Assembly: GCA_022866045.1 (NCBI GenBank)
Contig: JALHTW010000126.1
Coordinates: 5,104-69,103, forward strand
Source: Candidatus Aminicenantes bacterium
GTDB lineage: Bacteria > Acidobacteriota > Aminicenantia > Aminicenantales > UBA4085
Length of the DNA stretch: 64,000 bases
Reading direction: 5' to 3'
The position numbers and the translations under genes are program-made. Under the pieces are notes generated by a model. It saw only the letters and a list, made by a program, of their open reading frames with translations. It had not been told where the DNA came from and searched no databases. Numbering within the stretch: the first letter of the stretch is position 1; each line of letters starts with the position of its first letter. This document shows, piece by piece, positions 27,369 through 37,709 of this stretch.

Positions 27369-27848
27369 ATGAGTCTGAGAGAATATAGAACCAAAAGAAA
27401 TTTTCATGCGACTCCCGAGCCGAAACCGAAAACCCGGACGGCCAAAGATCGAAAAACGAGCGATCTGATCTATATCATCCAGCGCCATCAAGCCCGCCGT
27501 CTGCATTGGGACCTGAGGCTCGAAGAGAACGGTGTTCTGAAAAGCTGGGCCGTTCCCAAAGAGCCTCCGGCCGAGGAAGGCGTCCGCCGGCTTGCCGTGA
27601 ACGTCGAAGATCACGCCCTTGAATACGCCGATTTCGAAGGGACAATCCCGGACGGCGAATACGGCGCTGGAAAAGTGGAGATCTGGGATAAGGGATCATA
27701 TCAGCCTTTGGAAATGTCGTTTTCAAAGAAGGTGTTCGAGATCCACGGCAAAAAATTGAACGGGACATACTGCCTGATCAAGCTCAAAGTTCAGGACCCG
27801 AAGGATAAAAATTGGCTGTTCTTCAAGCTCAAAGACAAAACGAAATAG
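27369..27848 (+). CDS. Stand-alone LigD 3'-phosphoesterase (PE) domain protein
   Basis: 159 aa. LigD phosphoesterase-domain signatures RRLHWDLRLE and KSWAVPKEP. No ligase, polymerase or Ku gene adjacent. Confidence 0.7.
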   Translation: MSLREYRTKRNFHATPEPKPKTRTAKDRKTSDLIYIIQRHQARRLHWDLRLEENGVLKSWAVPKEPPAEEGVRRLAVNVEDHALEYADFEGTIPDGEYGAGKVEIWDKGSYQPLEMSFSKKVFEIHGKKLNGTYCLIKLKVQDPKDKNWLFFKLKDKTK

Positions 27849-27927
27849 GATTTTGTCGGTCATTTTAAGAAGGAATTCCATGCCATCCAAACATCATTGT
27901 CATCTCGCTCAGGAAGGAATCTGAAGG

Positions 27928-29247
27928 ATGTATCTGGCGATCCTCTGGCATTTCCACCAGCCTATCTACCGGAGGCCGCGCAGCCGCGATTATGTCCTTC
28001 CCTGTGTTAACTATCATGCCACCAAGAACTATTATCAAATGGCGCGCTTGGCTGAAGAGACGGGATTTCCGAGCACGTTCAATTTCGTCCCCTGCCTTCT
28101 AGAGCAGATCGGAGACTACGCGAAAGGCATCGCTAACGATCCCGTTCAATCGGCCCTTGAGCTCCCTCCGGACGGCCTCGGGCCTTACGAGATCGAGTGC
28201 CTCCGAAGGCTTGTGCCCGATGAGACCCGCGCCTCCCGGCTTCAGCAGCGAGCGCTCGAGTCTTTTTTTTCTCCCATCGATGAGGTCAAACACGACAAGC
28301 AGGAGCTTTTAAACAAGCAGAAAGACATCCAGCGAAATTTGATCCCTCTTTGGAAAAGGCTGTGGCAAGAGGGCATCGTCGAGCTGACGGTCTCACCGTA
28401 CTACCATCCTCTCCTCCCGATGATCTTCGATGCGGACTCGGCCGGCGGCGAAAAACCGGCCGTTTGGTTCCGCTATCCCGAGGACGGCCGGGAACAAATC
28501 AAACGGGGACGCGAATATTTCAGGGAAACATTCGGAGATTCTCCCCGCGGAATATGGCCGTCGGAAGGCGGGATCAGCCGGGATGTCGCGGCGGCCATCG
28601 CCGAAACTGGCTTTTCTTTCACCGTGACCGATGAAAACATTCTTTGGAAAAGCCTGCCCGGGCCTTATGATCGGAAGAACCTCTACCTGCCCTATCTTGC
28701 CGAAGGCCTCCCGGTTTTTTTCCGCGACCGGGAGCTGTCCGACCTGCTCGGTTTCGAATACCATCGCCGGAACGAAAAGGACGCCGTCAATGACTTCATC
28801 CGGAGGTTAGAAGAACGGAGGTCCCTCTGCGATGAACGGTCGATCGTTGTTTTAGCTCTTGACGGCGACAACCCCTGGGCTTCTTATCCTCGAAACGGCG
28901 TGCCATTCCTCCGCGAGTTTTTTAATCGGCTGAACGAACATGACGGCCTGACGCCGATCTTTTTCGAGGATTATCTCGCTCTTCACCAGCCGGCGCGGGA
29001 GATCCGGCTTGAGCCGGGGACCTGGCAGGGCAATTTTTCCAAATGGTCGGGCTCGCCGGCCAAGAATGCAACCTGGACCGTCTTAAGCCGCGCCCGGCAA
29101 GATTGCGGCCCCCTCGAGGAGATTATGATCGCCGAAGGCTCGGACTGGTTCTGGTGGTCCGGCGATGAGCATACTGAGGAATTCGCTTTTCTTTTTGACG
29201 GCTACATCCGGGAAGCTTATCATCAAGCGGGAATTCAGCATGAATAA
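27928..29247 (+). CDS. Glycoside hydrolase family 57 protein
   Basis: N-terminal LWHFHQP GH57 signature. 439 aa. Confidence 0.65.
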   Translation: MYLAILWHFHQPIYRRPRSRDYVLPCVNYHATKNYYQMARLAEETGFPSTFNFVPCLLEQIGDYAKGIANDPVQSALELPPDGLGPYEIECLRRLVPDETRASRLQQRALESFFSPIDEVKHDKQELLNKQKDIQRNLIPLWKRLWQEGIVELTVSPYYHPLLPMIFDADSAGGEKPAVWFRYPEDGREQIKRGREYFRETFGDSPRGIWPSEGGISRDVAAAIAETGFSFTVTDENILWKSLPGPYDRKNLYLPYLAEGLPVFFRDRELSDLLGFEYHRRNEKDAVNDFIRRLEERRSLCDERSIVVLALDGDNPWASYPRNGVPFLREFFNRLNEHDGLTPIFFEDYLALHQPAREIRLEPGTWQGNFSKWSGSPAKNATWTVLSRARQDCGPLEEIMIAEGSDWFWWSGDEHTEEFAFLFDGYIREAYHQAGIQHE

Positions 29248-31201
29248 TCCATCCGTTTTTCTGCTGGCGGTCCATAACCATCAGCCCGTCGGGAATTTCA
29301 GCTCCGTCTTTGAAAAGGCCTTCGAGGATTGTTACCGGCCTTTTCTCCGCGAGCTCCACAAGCACCCGGCGATCAAATTCGCGGCCCACTACTCCGGCCC
29401 GCTCCTGGAATACATGGGGGAGAAAGAACCGGAATGCTTGGACATTCTCAAGGACATGGTTGCGAGCGGACAGGTTGAACTCCTGGGCGGCGGCTTCTAC
29501 GAGCCCATCCTGACGATTTTGCCCGAAGAAGACAGGCAGGGACAGCTGCGGATGATGAATGAGTTTCTGGAAGATAATTTTCAAATACGCCCGCGTGGCA
29601 TCTGGCTCACGGAACGGGTCTGGGAACCGACCCTCCCGAAGACTCTGGCCCGGGCCGGAATAGAATACACGCTCCTGGACGAGGAACACTTCCATTATGC
29701 CGGCATCCAAAATCTCTACGCCTATTACATAACCGAGGACGAGGGCTATCCCCTAAAGATCTTTCCCATCGATAAAAAACTGCGGTATCTCATCCCGTTC
29801 CAAACGCTGCCGGACATCGAATCCTACCTTGAAGAGATCAAGGCGCAAAACGGGCTGGCGATTCTCGGCGACGACGGCGAGAAGTTCGGACTGTGGCCGG
29901 GAACGAAAAAATGGGTCTACGAGGAAGGCTGGCTGGCGAAATTCCTATCCTTTTTAGAAGAGAAAAACATTCAGACCCAGACATATTCCGAAGTTATAGA
30001 CCGCCGGCCGCCGGCCGGCCGAGTTTATCTCCCGCCCGCCTCGTATGAAGAGATGATGGAGTGGGTCCTCGAACCGGAGGATGCCGCGTTCTTCAAAAGG
30101 CTCAAAGATGAGAATCCAGCCGAAGCAAGGAGATACCTCCGGGGCGGTTTCTTCCGCGAATTCTTCCTGAAGTACCTCGAATCCAACCACCTTCACAAGC
30201 GAATGATCATGATTTCACGCAAAGTGAACCGGACATCGAACGAGGCCGCGAGAAAGGAGCTCTATAAAGGCCAGGGCAATGATCCCCTCTGGCACGGCGT
30301 CTTCGGCGGACTCTACCTCCCCCATCTGCGCGAAGCCGCCTACGACCATCTTTTGAAAGCCGACGCCTTGGTCCCATCCGAGAGCGGCTGGCATATAGGA
30401 GATTATGACCAGGACGCCCGCGCGGAAGCGATCTGGCAGGGCCGGACATTCGGCCTTCTCCTCAAGCCGGCCTTCGGTGGGAGCCTCGTCGAGATCGACC
30501 ATTTTCCCTTGTCCCGGAATCTGATGGATGTCCTCTCCCGGAGAAAGGAAGCCTATCACGTCCGACAGCTGTCCCAGCCGAACGGCAAAGGGAAGAGCAT
30601 CCATGAGCTCGCCAAAGAGCTTCCGGCCGGGTCTGAAAATTTTATCCGCTGCGACCGGCACCCGCGCTATTCCGCGCTCGACCATTTTCTCCATCCGGAA
30701 ACGACTCTTGAAAAATTTCAAACCGCGGCCTATGACGAACAGGGCGATTTTATCGATCAGCCGTATGATATCCGGGTCCATGAACCGATTCTTCGCCTTC
30801 ACCGGGAAGGGCACGTCTTGGTCGCTGGGGAGAAAATTCCGGTTTGCGTTCAAAAAGAGATCGAACCTCAAGGCCAGGAGATCATGATCCGTTATATGAT
30901 CAGGAATCTCGCCGATAAAACGACCCATTTAAAATTCGGAAGTGAGTGGAATTTCTATCAAATAGCGGAGGAGATCGCCGTCAGCCAAAACGAGGTCCGT
31001 CTCTGCGGAGGCCGCATCCGCTTCGAAGTTTTTCCACGGCCGGAGATCTGGCATTTTGCGCTCCAGACGCTCTCCCAATCCGAAAAGGGATATGATATAA
31101 TCCATCAAGGATTCTGCCTTCTTCCGTGGTGGAGCGTCACGCTCTCCGGAGGAGAGGAATTCAGGGCCCAATTTTCGCTGAGAGATCATCGTGGAACATA
31201 A
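29240..31201 (+). CDS. GH57 alpha-amylase/4-alpha-glucanotransferase (AmyC-like, with DUF1925/1926-type C-terminus)
   Basis: MNNPSVFLLAVHNHQPVGNF GH57 catalytic N-terminus. 653 aa. 8-nt overlap with the upstream GH57 gene. Confidence 0.7.
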   Translation: MNNPSVFLLAVHNHQPVGNFSSVFEKAFEDCYRPFLRELHKHPAIKFAAHYSGPLLEYMGEKEPECLDILKDMVASGQVELLGGGFYEPILTILPEEDRQGQLRMMNEFLEDNFQIRPRGIWLTERVWEPTLPKTLARAGIEYTLLDEEHFHYAGIQNLYAYYITEDEGYPLKIFPIDKKLRYLIPFQTLPDIESYLEEIKAQNGLAILGDDGEKFGLWPGTKKWVYEEGWLAKFLSFLEEKNIQTQTYSEVIDRRPPAGRVYLPPASYEEMMEWVLEPEDAAFFKRLKDENPAEARRYLRGGFFREFFLKYLESNHLHKRMIMISRKVNRTSNEAARKELYKGQGNDPLWHGVFGGLYLPHLREAAYDHLLKADALVPSESGWHIGDYDQDARAEAIWQGRTFGLLLKPAFGGSLVEIDHFPLSRNLMDVLSRRKEAYHVRQLSQPNGKGKSIHELAKELPAGSENFIRCDRHPRYSALDHFLHPETTLEKFQTAAYDEQGDFIDQPYDIRVHEPILRLHREGHVLVAGEKIPVCVQKEIEPQGQEIMIRYMIRNLADKTTHLKFGSEWNFYQIAEEIAVSQNEVRLCGGRIRFEVFPRPEIWHFALQTLSQSEKGYDIIHQGFCLLPWWSVTLSGGEEFRAQFSLRDHRGT

Positions 31202-31379
31202 ATATTTTTCCCTCACGCTCCACAGCCGTGTTCCCGATGATGTTTCTGGCGTTCAATTTTTGAGGCAGAAACTCTGACAAAATGAATCCCGGAGAACCGC
31301 GGTCTCATGCCGGAAGAGACGGCTCGCGTTGAGTCCTGGGAGTGCGAAAACCGCCTTTTTGAAGAGGTCATCACCGCCG

Positions 31380-32564
31380 ATGTCACAACTCTTTGAAAAA
31401 ACGCTTGTCATGATCCTCTGCGGAGGAAGAGGCGAACGCCTATATCCTCTCACTCGGGACCGGGCAAAGCCTGCTGTGCCTTTTCTCGGGACCTACCGGA
31501 TCATCGATTTCAGCCTCTCCAATTGCCTGAATTCAGGCCTTCGCAGGATCGCCCTTCTGATCCAATATAAATCCCTGTCGCTCGAACGCCATATTTTCTC
31601 GGGCTGGAACATCTTCCATCCGGAGAGTGACGGATTCGTCATCTCGCTCCCGGCGCAGGGGAGGGTCGGAGAGCGAAGGTATGAAGGGACGGCTGATGCC
31701 GTGTTCCAGAATATCTATTCGATCCAGCAGGAAAATCCCGAGGTGGTTCTCATCCTATCGGGGGACCACGTGTACAAGGCTGATTACGGTCAGATGATCC
31801 GTTTCTATCTCGAAAAAGAGGCGGACGCGGTTGTCCTGGCCAAGCCCGTGCCGCGCCAGGAAGGCCGGCGATTCGGCATCATTCGGATTGACGAGCACAA
31901 CCGGATGATGGAATTCCTGGAAAAGCCGAAGAGTCCTCCGTCCCTTCCTTCGGACAAAAACATTTCCTTCGCCTCCATGGGGATCTATCTTTTCAAAACG
32001 CCCAACTTGATCCGGGCTTTGATCCAGGACGCCAAGAATCCTAAGAGCAGCCACGATTTCGGAAAGGATATTCTCCCTCGTCTGATCCTCGAGCATAAGG
32101 TCTATGCCTATCCGTATGAGGGCTATTGGGAAGACATCGGGACGATCGATGCCTATTGGAATTCGAACATGGCTTTTCTCTCATCCGCCCCGCCGTTCGA
32201 CATTCATGACGCCGCCTGGCCCCTCCGGACATACCAACGCCAATATCCTCCGGCGTTCATGAATCGAAGCACGGTCCAAAACTCGATCATCAGCCCGGGC
32301 TGCTGCATCTCGAAATCGATGATCCGGAATTCCATCTTTTCTCCGGGAGTCAGGATCGGCGAAGACGCGCGCATCCGGGATTCGATCGTTTTCGAAGGCG
32401 TGCGGATCGGCCGGCGCGCCCGTCTCAAAAAGGTGATCGTTGACAAGAACTCGATCATCCCCGACGATTTTGTTATCGGTGAGGACGAAAAAGCGGACTC
32501 CCGATTTTTCAGGATCTACGGCGACGGGATCCGGATCGTGCCCAAGAATTGGAAGCCCGCTTGA
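31380..32564 (+). CDS. glgC: Glucose-1-phosphate adenylyltransferase
   Basis: LVMILCGGRGERLYPLTRDRAKPAVPFLGTYRIIDFSLSNCLNSGLRRIALLIQYKS matches the GlgC N-terminus. Confidence 0.85.
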   Translation: MSQLFEKTLVMILCGGRGERLYPLTRDRAKPAVPFLGTYRIIDFSLSNCLNSGLRRIALLIQYKSLSLERHIFSGWNIFHPESDGFVISLPAQGRVGERRYEGTADAVFQNIYSIQQENPEVVLILSGDHVYKADYGQMIRFYLEKEADAVVLAKPVPRQEGRRFGIIRIDEHNRMMEFLEKPKSPPSLPSDKNISFASMGIYLFKTPNLIRALIQDAKNPKSSHDFGKDILPRLILEHKVYAYPYEGYWEDIGTIDAYWNSNMAFLSSAPPFDIHDAAWPLRTYQRQYPPAFMNRSTVQNSIISPGCCISKSMIRNSIFSPGVRIGEDARIRDSIVFEGVRIGRRARLKKVIVDKNSIIPDDFVIGEDEKADSRFFRIYGDGIRIVPKNWKPA

Positions 32565-33913
32565 TCGACCGGTACCAGTTCCTTGTTCCGGACTTCCAGA
32601 GTAAGGAACCCAAAGAGCTGGCCCTTCTCTCGATTATTTCCCAGAGCTTTTTCCAGCCGTTTTCGATCGAGGATAATCTTCTGGTCATCCTGACCGCCTT
32701 GACCTCGGGATCGGGTGTGGGATTCAACCGGGCCATGCTCTTCCGGACGTCTGGTGACAAGCTCAAAGGCGAGGTCTGGCTCGGCCCGCGGTCGGCCGAA
32801 GAGGCCAAGACGATCTGGGAGGTCCTGTCCACGCCCGGCATCGGCTACGTCGAGATCATTGAGCATAACCGCGGGCTCCTTACGAGGGAGACCGACTCCC
32901 TCAGCCAGATCATCAAACCCCTCGTTTATTCGCTGAGCCAGGAGAACCTGATCATCCCCGCAATGTCCGCCGCACGAAAGGAGATGATCCTTGTCCGCAA
33001 CTCTCGACAAGAGCCCTTCGTGGACCCGAAGTTCCTCGAGATCATCGGGGTGGATGAGTTCCTCTGCGTTCCTCTCTTCGCCCTAGACGAGATTATGGGC
33101 GTTGTTATTCTCGACAATGCCTATACTCGACAGACCATCGAACCCAAGGACATCAAGCTGGCCAGCCTGTGTGGCCTGATGGCCGGGAACTACATGTACA
33201 CGACAATGCTCCATAATAAGATGATCGAAATGGAACGCCTGGCGGCGCTCGGAGAGATGGCGATATTCATCACCCACCAGCTCCGCAACCCGCTAACGAC
33301 GATCGGCGGATTCACCGATCAGCTCTTGAACTCCCCGAATGACGCGAGCAAAAAGCGGCGCAACCTCGAGATCATCCGCAAGGAGATCGGGAGGCTCGAA
33401 AACGTCCTCTACGAGCTGGTTCATTTTCTCAAAGTGGAGATGAAAAAGCCTGTCCCATTCGATTTGCGCCCCGAGATCCAGGCTGTTCTCCAGAGCTCGG
33501 ACATCAAGATAAAAAGCGAAGGCATAGAGGTCGTTGTGGACATCGAGGAGCGTCTTCCAAAGATCCTCGGAGATCCGACATATTTCGGAGAAGCCATCCG
33601 CAATCTTCTCGATAACGCCTTAGAAGCCACTCCCCAAGGCGGTCGCGTTACAGTCCAGAGCCGCTGGGAGGACCAGAACTGGGTCATTGTGCGCATCCAA
33701 GACACGGGCAAAGGCATGCCGCCCGCCGTCAAAGAGAAGCTTTTCTCGCCTTTTTTCTCGACCAAGGACAAGGGCCTGGGACTCGGACTCCTCTTCGTCA
33801 AACGGGTCATGGAATCCTGCGGCGGCAAGATCGAAGTGGACAGCGAAGCCGGACAGGGCACGCTTTTCCGACTCTATTTCAAAAGCGCCGAGGAGGGGAG
33901 ATCGGACGCGTGA
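32549..33913 (+). CDS. Sensor histidine kinase with GAF domain (HisKA + HATPase_c)
   Basis: GAF region followed by the H-box FITHQLRNPLTT and N/G-box DNALEAT...GKGMP...GLGLGL. The start is TTG (32549 or 32561) overlapping the glgC stop. No upstream in-frame ATG. Confidence 0.7.
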   Translation: MEARLIDRYQFLVPDFQSKEPKELALLSIISQSFFQPFSIEDNLLVILTALTSGSGVGFNRAMLFRTSGDKLKGEVWLGPRSAEEAKTIWEVLSTPGIGYVEIIEHNRGLLTRETDSLSQIIKPLVYSLSQENLIIPAMSAARKEMILVRNSRQEPFVDPKFLEIIGVDEFLCVPLFALDEIMGVVILDNAYTRQTIEPKDIKLASLCGLMAGNYMYTTMLHNKMIEMERLAALGEMAIFITHQLRNPLTTIGGFTDQLLNSPNDASKKRRNLEIIRKEIGRLENVLYELVHFLKVEMKKPVPFDLRPEIQAVLQSSDIKIKSEGIEVVVDIEERLPKILGDPTYFGEAIRNLLDNALEATPQGGRVTVQSRWEDQNWVIVRIQDTGKGMPPAVKEKLFSPFFSTKDKGLGLGLLFVKRVMESCGGKIEVDSEAGQGTLFRLYFKSAEEGRSDA

Positions 33914-34263
33914 AAAAGATCCTGATCGTCGAGGACGAGGAAGCCCTTTGCCTTCTCTACAAGGAAGAACTGAGTCAGGAAGGCTACGATGTGATGACGG
34001 TCTATGATGCCGAGCAAGCCCTCGAGGTTTTGAACCGCGAGCGGTTCGACCTCATTATCACCGACATCCGGATGCCCGGCCGGGACGGCGTGGAACTCAT
34101 TACTCAGATCTTGGGCTTGCGCAAGGGCATCCCGATCATCATCAATACGGCCTATCAAAGCTATAAGGAGGATTTTATGACCTGGGCCGCGGACGCCTAC
34201 GTCGTCAAATCCTCCTCCCTCCAGGAGCTCAAATCCAAGATCAAAGACCTGTTGAACCAATGA
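33910..34263 (+). CDS. Single-domain response regulator (CheY-like receiver)
   Basis: KKILIVEDEE...DLIITDIRMPGRDG receiver motifs. GTG start overlapping the kinase stop (GTGA). Confidence 0.75.
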   Translation: MKKILIVEDEEALCLLYKEELSQEGYDVMTVYDAEQALEVLNRERFDLIITDIRMPGRDGVELITQILGLRKGIPIIINTAYQSYKEDFMTWAADAYVVKSSSLQELKSKIKDLLNQ

Positions 34264-34382
34264 CGACCGAACGGCGAAAAAATCATATCCGGGGGGAGGA
34301 AATTATCATTGGCGAGCAGTTGATAGCCCCTGGCTTGCCACGGGGCATCATCGCCGATCGTGAACGGGAAAAGAGGAGGCCG

Positions 34383-35291
34383 ATGAAAAAATCGACCATA
34401 TTTCTCGTCCTCCTCATCGTCATGGCCGCTTCAGCTTCAGCCCAGTATTATTTTGATTACCCGACCTACAAGAAATTCGAGCTCGGCGTTTTCGGGGGAA
34501 TGGCCTTCTCGCCGATCAAAGGAGCGACGCAATATTCAGACCAATGGAATGACTTAAATTTGACCTACGTCTCAGAGAGGACAGATATCGAACTGAGATC
34601 CAAGGCCGGCTTCCATTTTGGCGGTTTTTTTGCCTATTTCTTCAATCCGGCTTTGGGACTCGAATTGGATGTCGAATATTTGACGACGAGCGTTCCCACG
34701 ACAGCCAAGGCCTTATTTCAATGGGGCTGGTCCGATGGACGACATCCCAGAGAAAACGCCGAATGGAAAGGGACGGGACGGCTGACGAGCCTTCCTCTCA
34801 GCTTGAATTTCGTGGTGAGAAGTGAAGCGGAACGTGTCAAGTGGTCCTTTTCCGGGGGAGTGGCTTATTTCCATAACGCCTTCCGGTCCGAATCTTTTTT
34901 CGGCTACGGGATCAGCACGCTGTCCGGAGACGGACAAGAGCAATATCTTGACTTCTTACGCGTTGGCCTGAGAATTCCTAAGACATCATGGGCGTCTTTC
35001 GGAGTCAATTTAGGACTCGGCCTAAATTTCAAAATCTCTGGCCGCATGAACATCAAGACCGAAGCGCGTTACTTTTCTTGTCGAGAAAAAAAGTTCGCCT
35101 GGGAATTCGTGAAAGGATACTACGACGGGATCTTTTTCCCTGACATCAAAAATATTGACTTTAACGACAAGGACATTGAATTGATAACAGAAGGGCCCGT
35201 CCCTAAAATGGAGACCTCTCTGAAGCTGAATCCCTCATTCTTCCGGCTTAGCATCGGCTTCGTTATTTTTCTGGGAGAGACAGAATATTGA
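34383..35291 (+). CDS. Outer-membrane beta-barrel protein (unknown function)
   Basis: RBS aagaggagg and signal peptide MKKSTIFLVLLIVMAASASAQ. Amphipathic strand pattern. Confidence 0.5.
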   Translation: MKKSTIFLVLLIVMAASASAQYYFDYPTYKKFELGVFGGMAFSPIKGATQYSDQWNDLNLTYVSERTDIELRSKAGFHFGGFFAYFFNPALGLELDVEYLTTSVPTTAKALFQWGWSDGRHPRENAEWKGTGRLTSLPLSLNFVVRSEAERVKWSFSGGVAYFHNAFRSESFFGYGISTLSGDGQEQYLDFLRVGLRIPKTSWASFGVNLGLGLNFKISGRMNIKTEARYFSCREKKFAWEFVKGYYDGIFFPDIKNIDFNDKDIELITEGPVPKMETSLKLNPSFFRLSIGFVIFLGETEY

Positions 35292-35337
35292 TTTTTCGGA
35301 GCACTGAGGTTACGATGCTCGACGAAAGAAGCCTGTG

Positions 35338-36198
35338 ATGAGGAAATTCTTCGCTCTGGCGGTCTCTTTGCTCGTGATCGCGGGGTTCGGTTTCTGTGGG
35401 ACGTTCGCGATAAAGCTCGGGAGCGGATTGGGCTATATCTCCGGGGGCGACTTCGCCAAAGGCATCCGCGGATGGTCGGACTATTACGCCGCTGAATATA
35501 ACAGCCTGCGCGGCGAATTCCTCGCCCCTCGTTCCGGGATGAATCTTGGCGGCGAAGTTATCTATTATTTCAAGCCCAACATGGGCCTCGGGCTCGGCGT
35601 CGGCTACGCTCGATATGCCAAAGACAGCGAGGCCTCCTACGACCTCGGATATGCCTCATCCACGGAGCAGTTCAAGGCGAAGATCAGTGTCATCCCGATC
35701 ACGGCCAACTTCCATTACCTCCTGCCGCTCTTGCCCAAGCTCACCCTGGACCTCACGGCCGGAGTCAGCTACAATATTGCCAAGCTGAGCTGGGATTACA
35801 TGAGGGATTTCACGCTCCTAGGGTATAGCGGCACCGATCAATTCACTTATAGCGCCACCAGAGGCGGGATCGGTCTTCAAGCTGGTGCCGGCGCTGAATA
35901 TGAACTGTCCTCCGCCATCTCCGTTGTTTTAAACGTCACGGCCCGGTATGCTTCGATCGCTAAATTTCAGGGAGACTGGACAGAACGAGGGAGCGGCAAT
36001 ATCTGGGATTTCTCCGACAGCGGAAGCGAAACCTATGCCTGGTATTTCGATTGGAAATTCAACGAGACGACCTATCCGCAGATCGTCTTCCAGAATGAGA
36101 AACCGACCGGAACGACGGTTTCGAACGCCCGCTATGCCCGGCTCGGACTGACGGGTTTGGTCGCCACCCTCGGGATCAAGATCGGACTTCCGTTATAA
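35338..36198 (+). CDS. Outer-membrane beta-barrel protein (porin-like, unknown function)
   Basis: Signal peptide MMRKFFALAVSLLVIAGFGFCG. Gly/Tyr-rich beta-strands. ATG at 35338 (the ORF-track start is GTG). Confidence 0.5.
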   Translation: MRKFFALAVSLLVIAGFGFCGTFAIKLGSGLGYISGGDFAKGIRGWSDYYAAEYNSLRGEFLAPRSGMNLGGEVIYYFKPNMGLGLGVGYARYAKDSEASYDLGYASSTEQFKAKISVIPITANFHYLLPLLPKLTLDLTAGVSYNIAKLSWDYMRDFTLLGYSGTDQFTYSATRGGIGLQAGAGAEYELSSAISVVLNVTARYASIAKFQGDWTERGSGNIWDFSDSGSETYAWYFDWKFNETTYPQIVFQNEKPTGTTVSNARYARLGLTGLVATLGIKIGLPL

Positions 36199-36208
36199 AA
36201 AAGCCCTC

Positions 36209-37651
36209 TCAAATGATATTTTGATAGAGCAGGATATATTCTTGCGCCGATCGTTCCCAGGAAAAATCGCAGGCCATGGCGTTTTGGACCAGAGCGTTCC
36301 ATGAACGCTTTTGAGCATAGACTTTGAGGGCCGTCTGGACGGCCTCTAACAGGGCCGGCGGCGAATAATCCTCGAATTTGAACCCGTTTCCCTGGCCTTC
36401 CGCAGGGCTGAACTCCTGGATACTATCATCCAGGCCTCCCGTCGCCCGGACAACGGGAATGGTCCCATATTTCAAGCTGTACATCTGGGTCAGTCCGCAG
36501 GGCTCGTAACGAGAAGGAATGAGGAATAGATCGCTCCCGGCATAGATCTTGTGAGCCAGGGGGTCATCGAAAGCCATCTTGAGGCTGAAAAACGACGGGT
36601 AGCGGCGCTTCGCGGTCTCGAGAGTCTGGCGGATCTTTTCTTCGCCGGTTCCAAGGATGACCAGCTTGACTCCCAGCGGAAAGAGGTTTCCCAGCGACTC
36701 ACATAAGATGGCGAGGCCTTTTTGTTCGGTGAGGCGAGAGACCATGCCGATAACCGGCATATCACTTCTGGAAGGGGGAAGTCCGAACGTCTCAAGAAGG
36801 TCCTTTTTGCAGGCCGCTTTTCCACTCAAGTCGGAGGGCGTGTAGTTAGCCGCGAGGAAGGCATCTGTGGCCGGATTCCAGGCCGAATAATCGACGCCGT
36901 TGAGGATGCCGGTCAAGACATCGCTTCTATTCCGGAGCAGGCCGTCGAGGCCGGAGCCGAACTCAGGCGTCTGGATCTCCTGGCTGTAGCGGTAGCTGAC
37001 CGTACTGACAGCCGAAGCGTAGAGAATGCCAGCCTTCAGGAAATTGACCTTGCCGTGAAATTCAAGGTCCTCGATGTTGAACAAGCGTTCAGGAAGGCCG
37101 ATGGCTTGAAGGACATTTTTATCGAAAAGCCCCTGAAAGGCCAGGTTATGGATCGTGCAAAGAGACTTGGTATCTTTGAAAAAAGGACTCCCGGCATAGA
37201 CATATTTAAGGTAGGCCAGAGCGATGGCCGCCTGCCAGTCATGGACATGGAGAACATCGGGCGCGAAATTCAGCGCTTTGAGGGCCTCGAGGGAAGCCTT
37301 CGAAAAAAAGGCAAACCGCAGCCCGTTGTCTGGATAATCGCCGGCCGGGGTCTCATAGAGATGCTCCCGGTCATAAAAGGCGGGTTTGTCGATAAAATAA
37401 GTCGAATCTCCGCCTTCGGCGGATTCCCAAACGGAAAAGGATTCCTCATGGCCGGTCCAGTCGAACGTCAGGCGATCGGCCGCCTTCAAGAGGGGAACGC
37501 CTTTTTGCCGGACCTCCCGATAGAAGGGCATGAAGACTTTGACCTCGTGGCCGAGCTTGGCAAGAAAACGGGGCAGCGCGCCGGCCACGTCGGCTAATCC
37601 GCCGGTCTTGGCGTAAGGAGTCACTTCAGAAGCAAAAAATGCTATTTTCAC
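36209..37651 (-). CDS. glgA: Glycogen synthase (ADP-glucose type)
   Basis: N-terminal KIAFFASEVTPYAKTGGLADV with KTGGL motif. 480 aa. GTG start at 37651 (no in-frame ATG nearby). Confidence 0.85.
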   Translation of the reverse strand: MKIAFFASEVTPYAKTGGLADVAGALPRFLAKLGHEVKVFMPFYREVRQKGVPLLKAADRLTFDWTGHEESFSVWESAEGGDSTYFIDKPAFYDREHLYETPAGDYPDNGLRFAFFSKASLEALKALNFAPDVLHVHDWQAAIALAYLKYVYAGSPFFKDTKSLCTIHNLAFQGLFDKNVLQAIGLPERLFNIEDLEFHGKVNFLKAGILYASAVSTVSYRYSQEIQTPEFGSGLDGLLRNRSDVLTGILNGVDYSAWNPATDAFLAANYTPSDLSGKAACKKDLLETFGLPPSRSDMPVIGMVSRLTEQKGLAILCESLGNLFPLGVKLVILGTGEEKIRQTLETAKRRYPSFFSLKMAFDDPLAHKIYAGSDLFLIPSRYEPCGLTQMYSLKYGTIPVVRATGGLDDSIQEFSPAEGQGNGFKFEDYSPPALLEAVQTALKVYAQKRSWNALVQNAMACDFSWERSAQEYILLYQNII

Positions 37652-37709
37652 GGGCCGCTATTTTAGCATAAAACCAAAGCCTTGCCAAAGCTTCGGGGAA
37701 TCGACTAAT

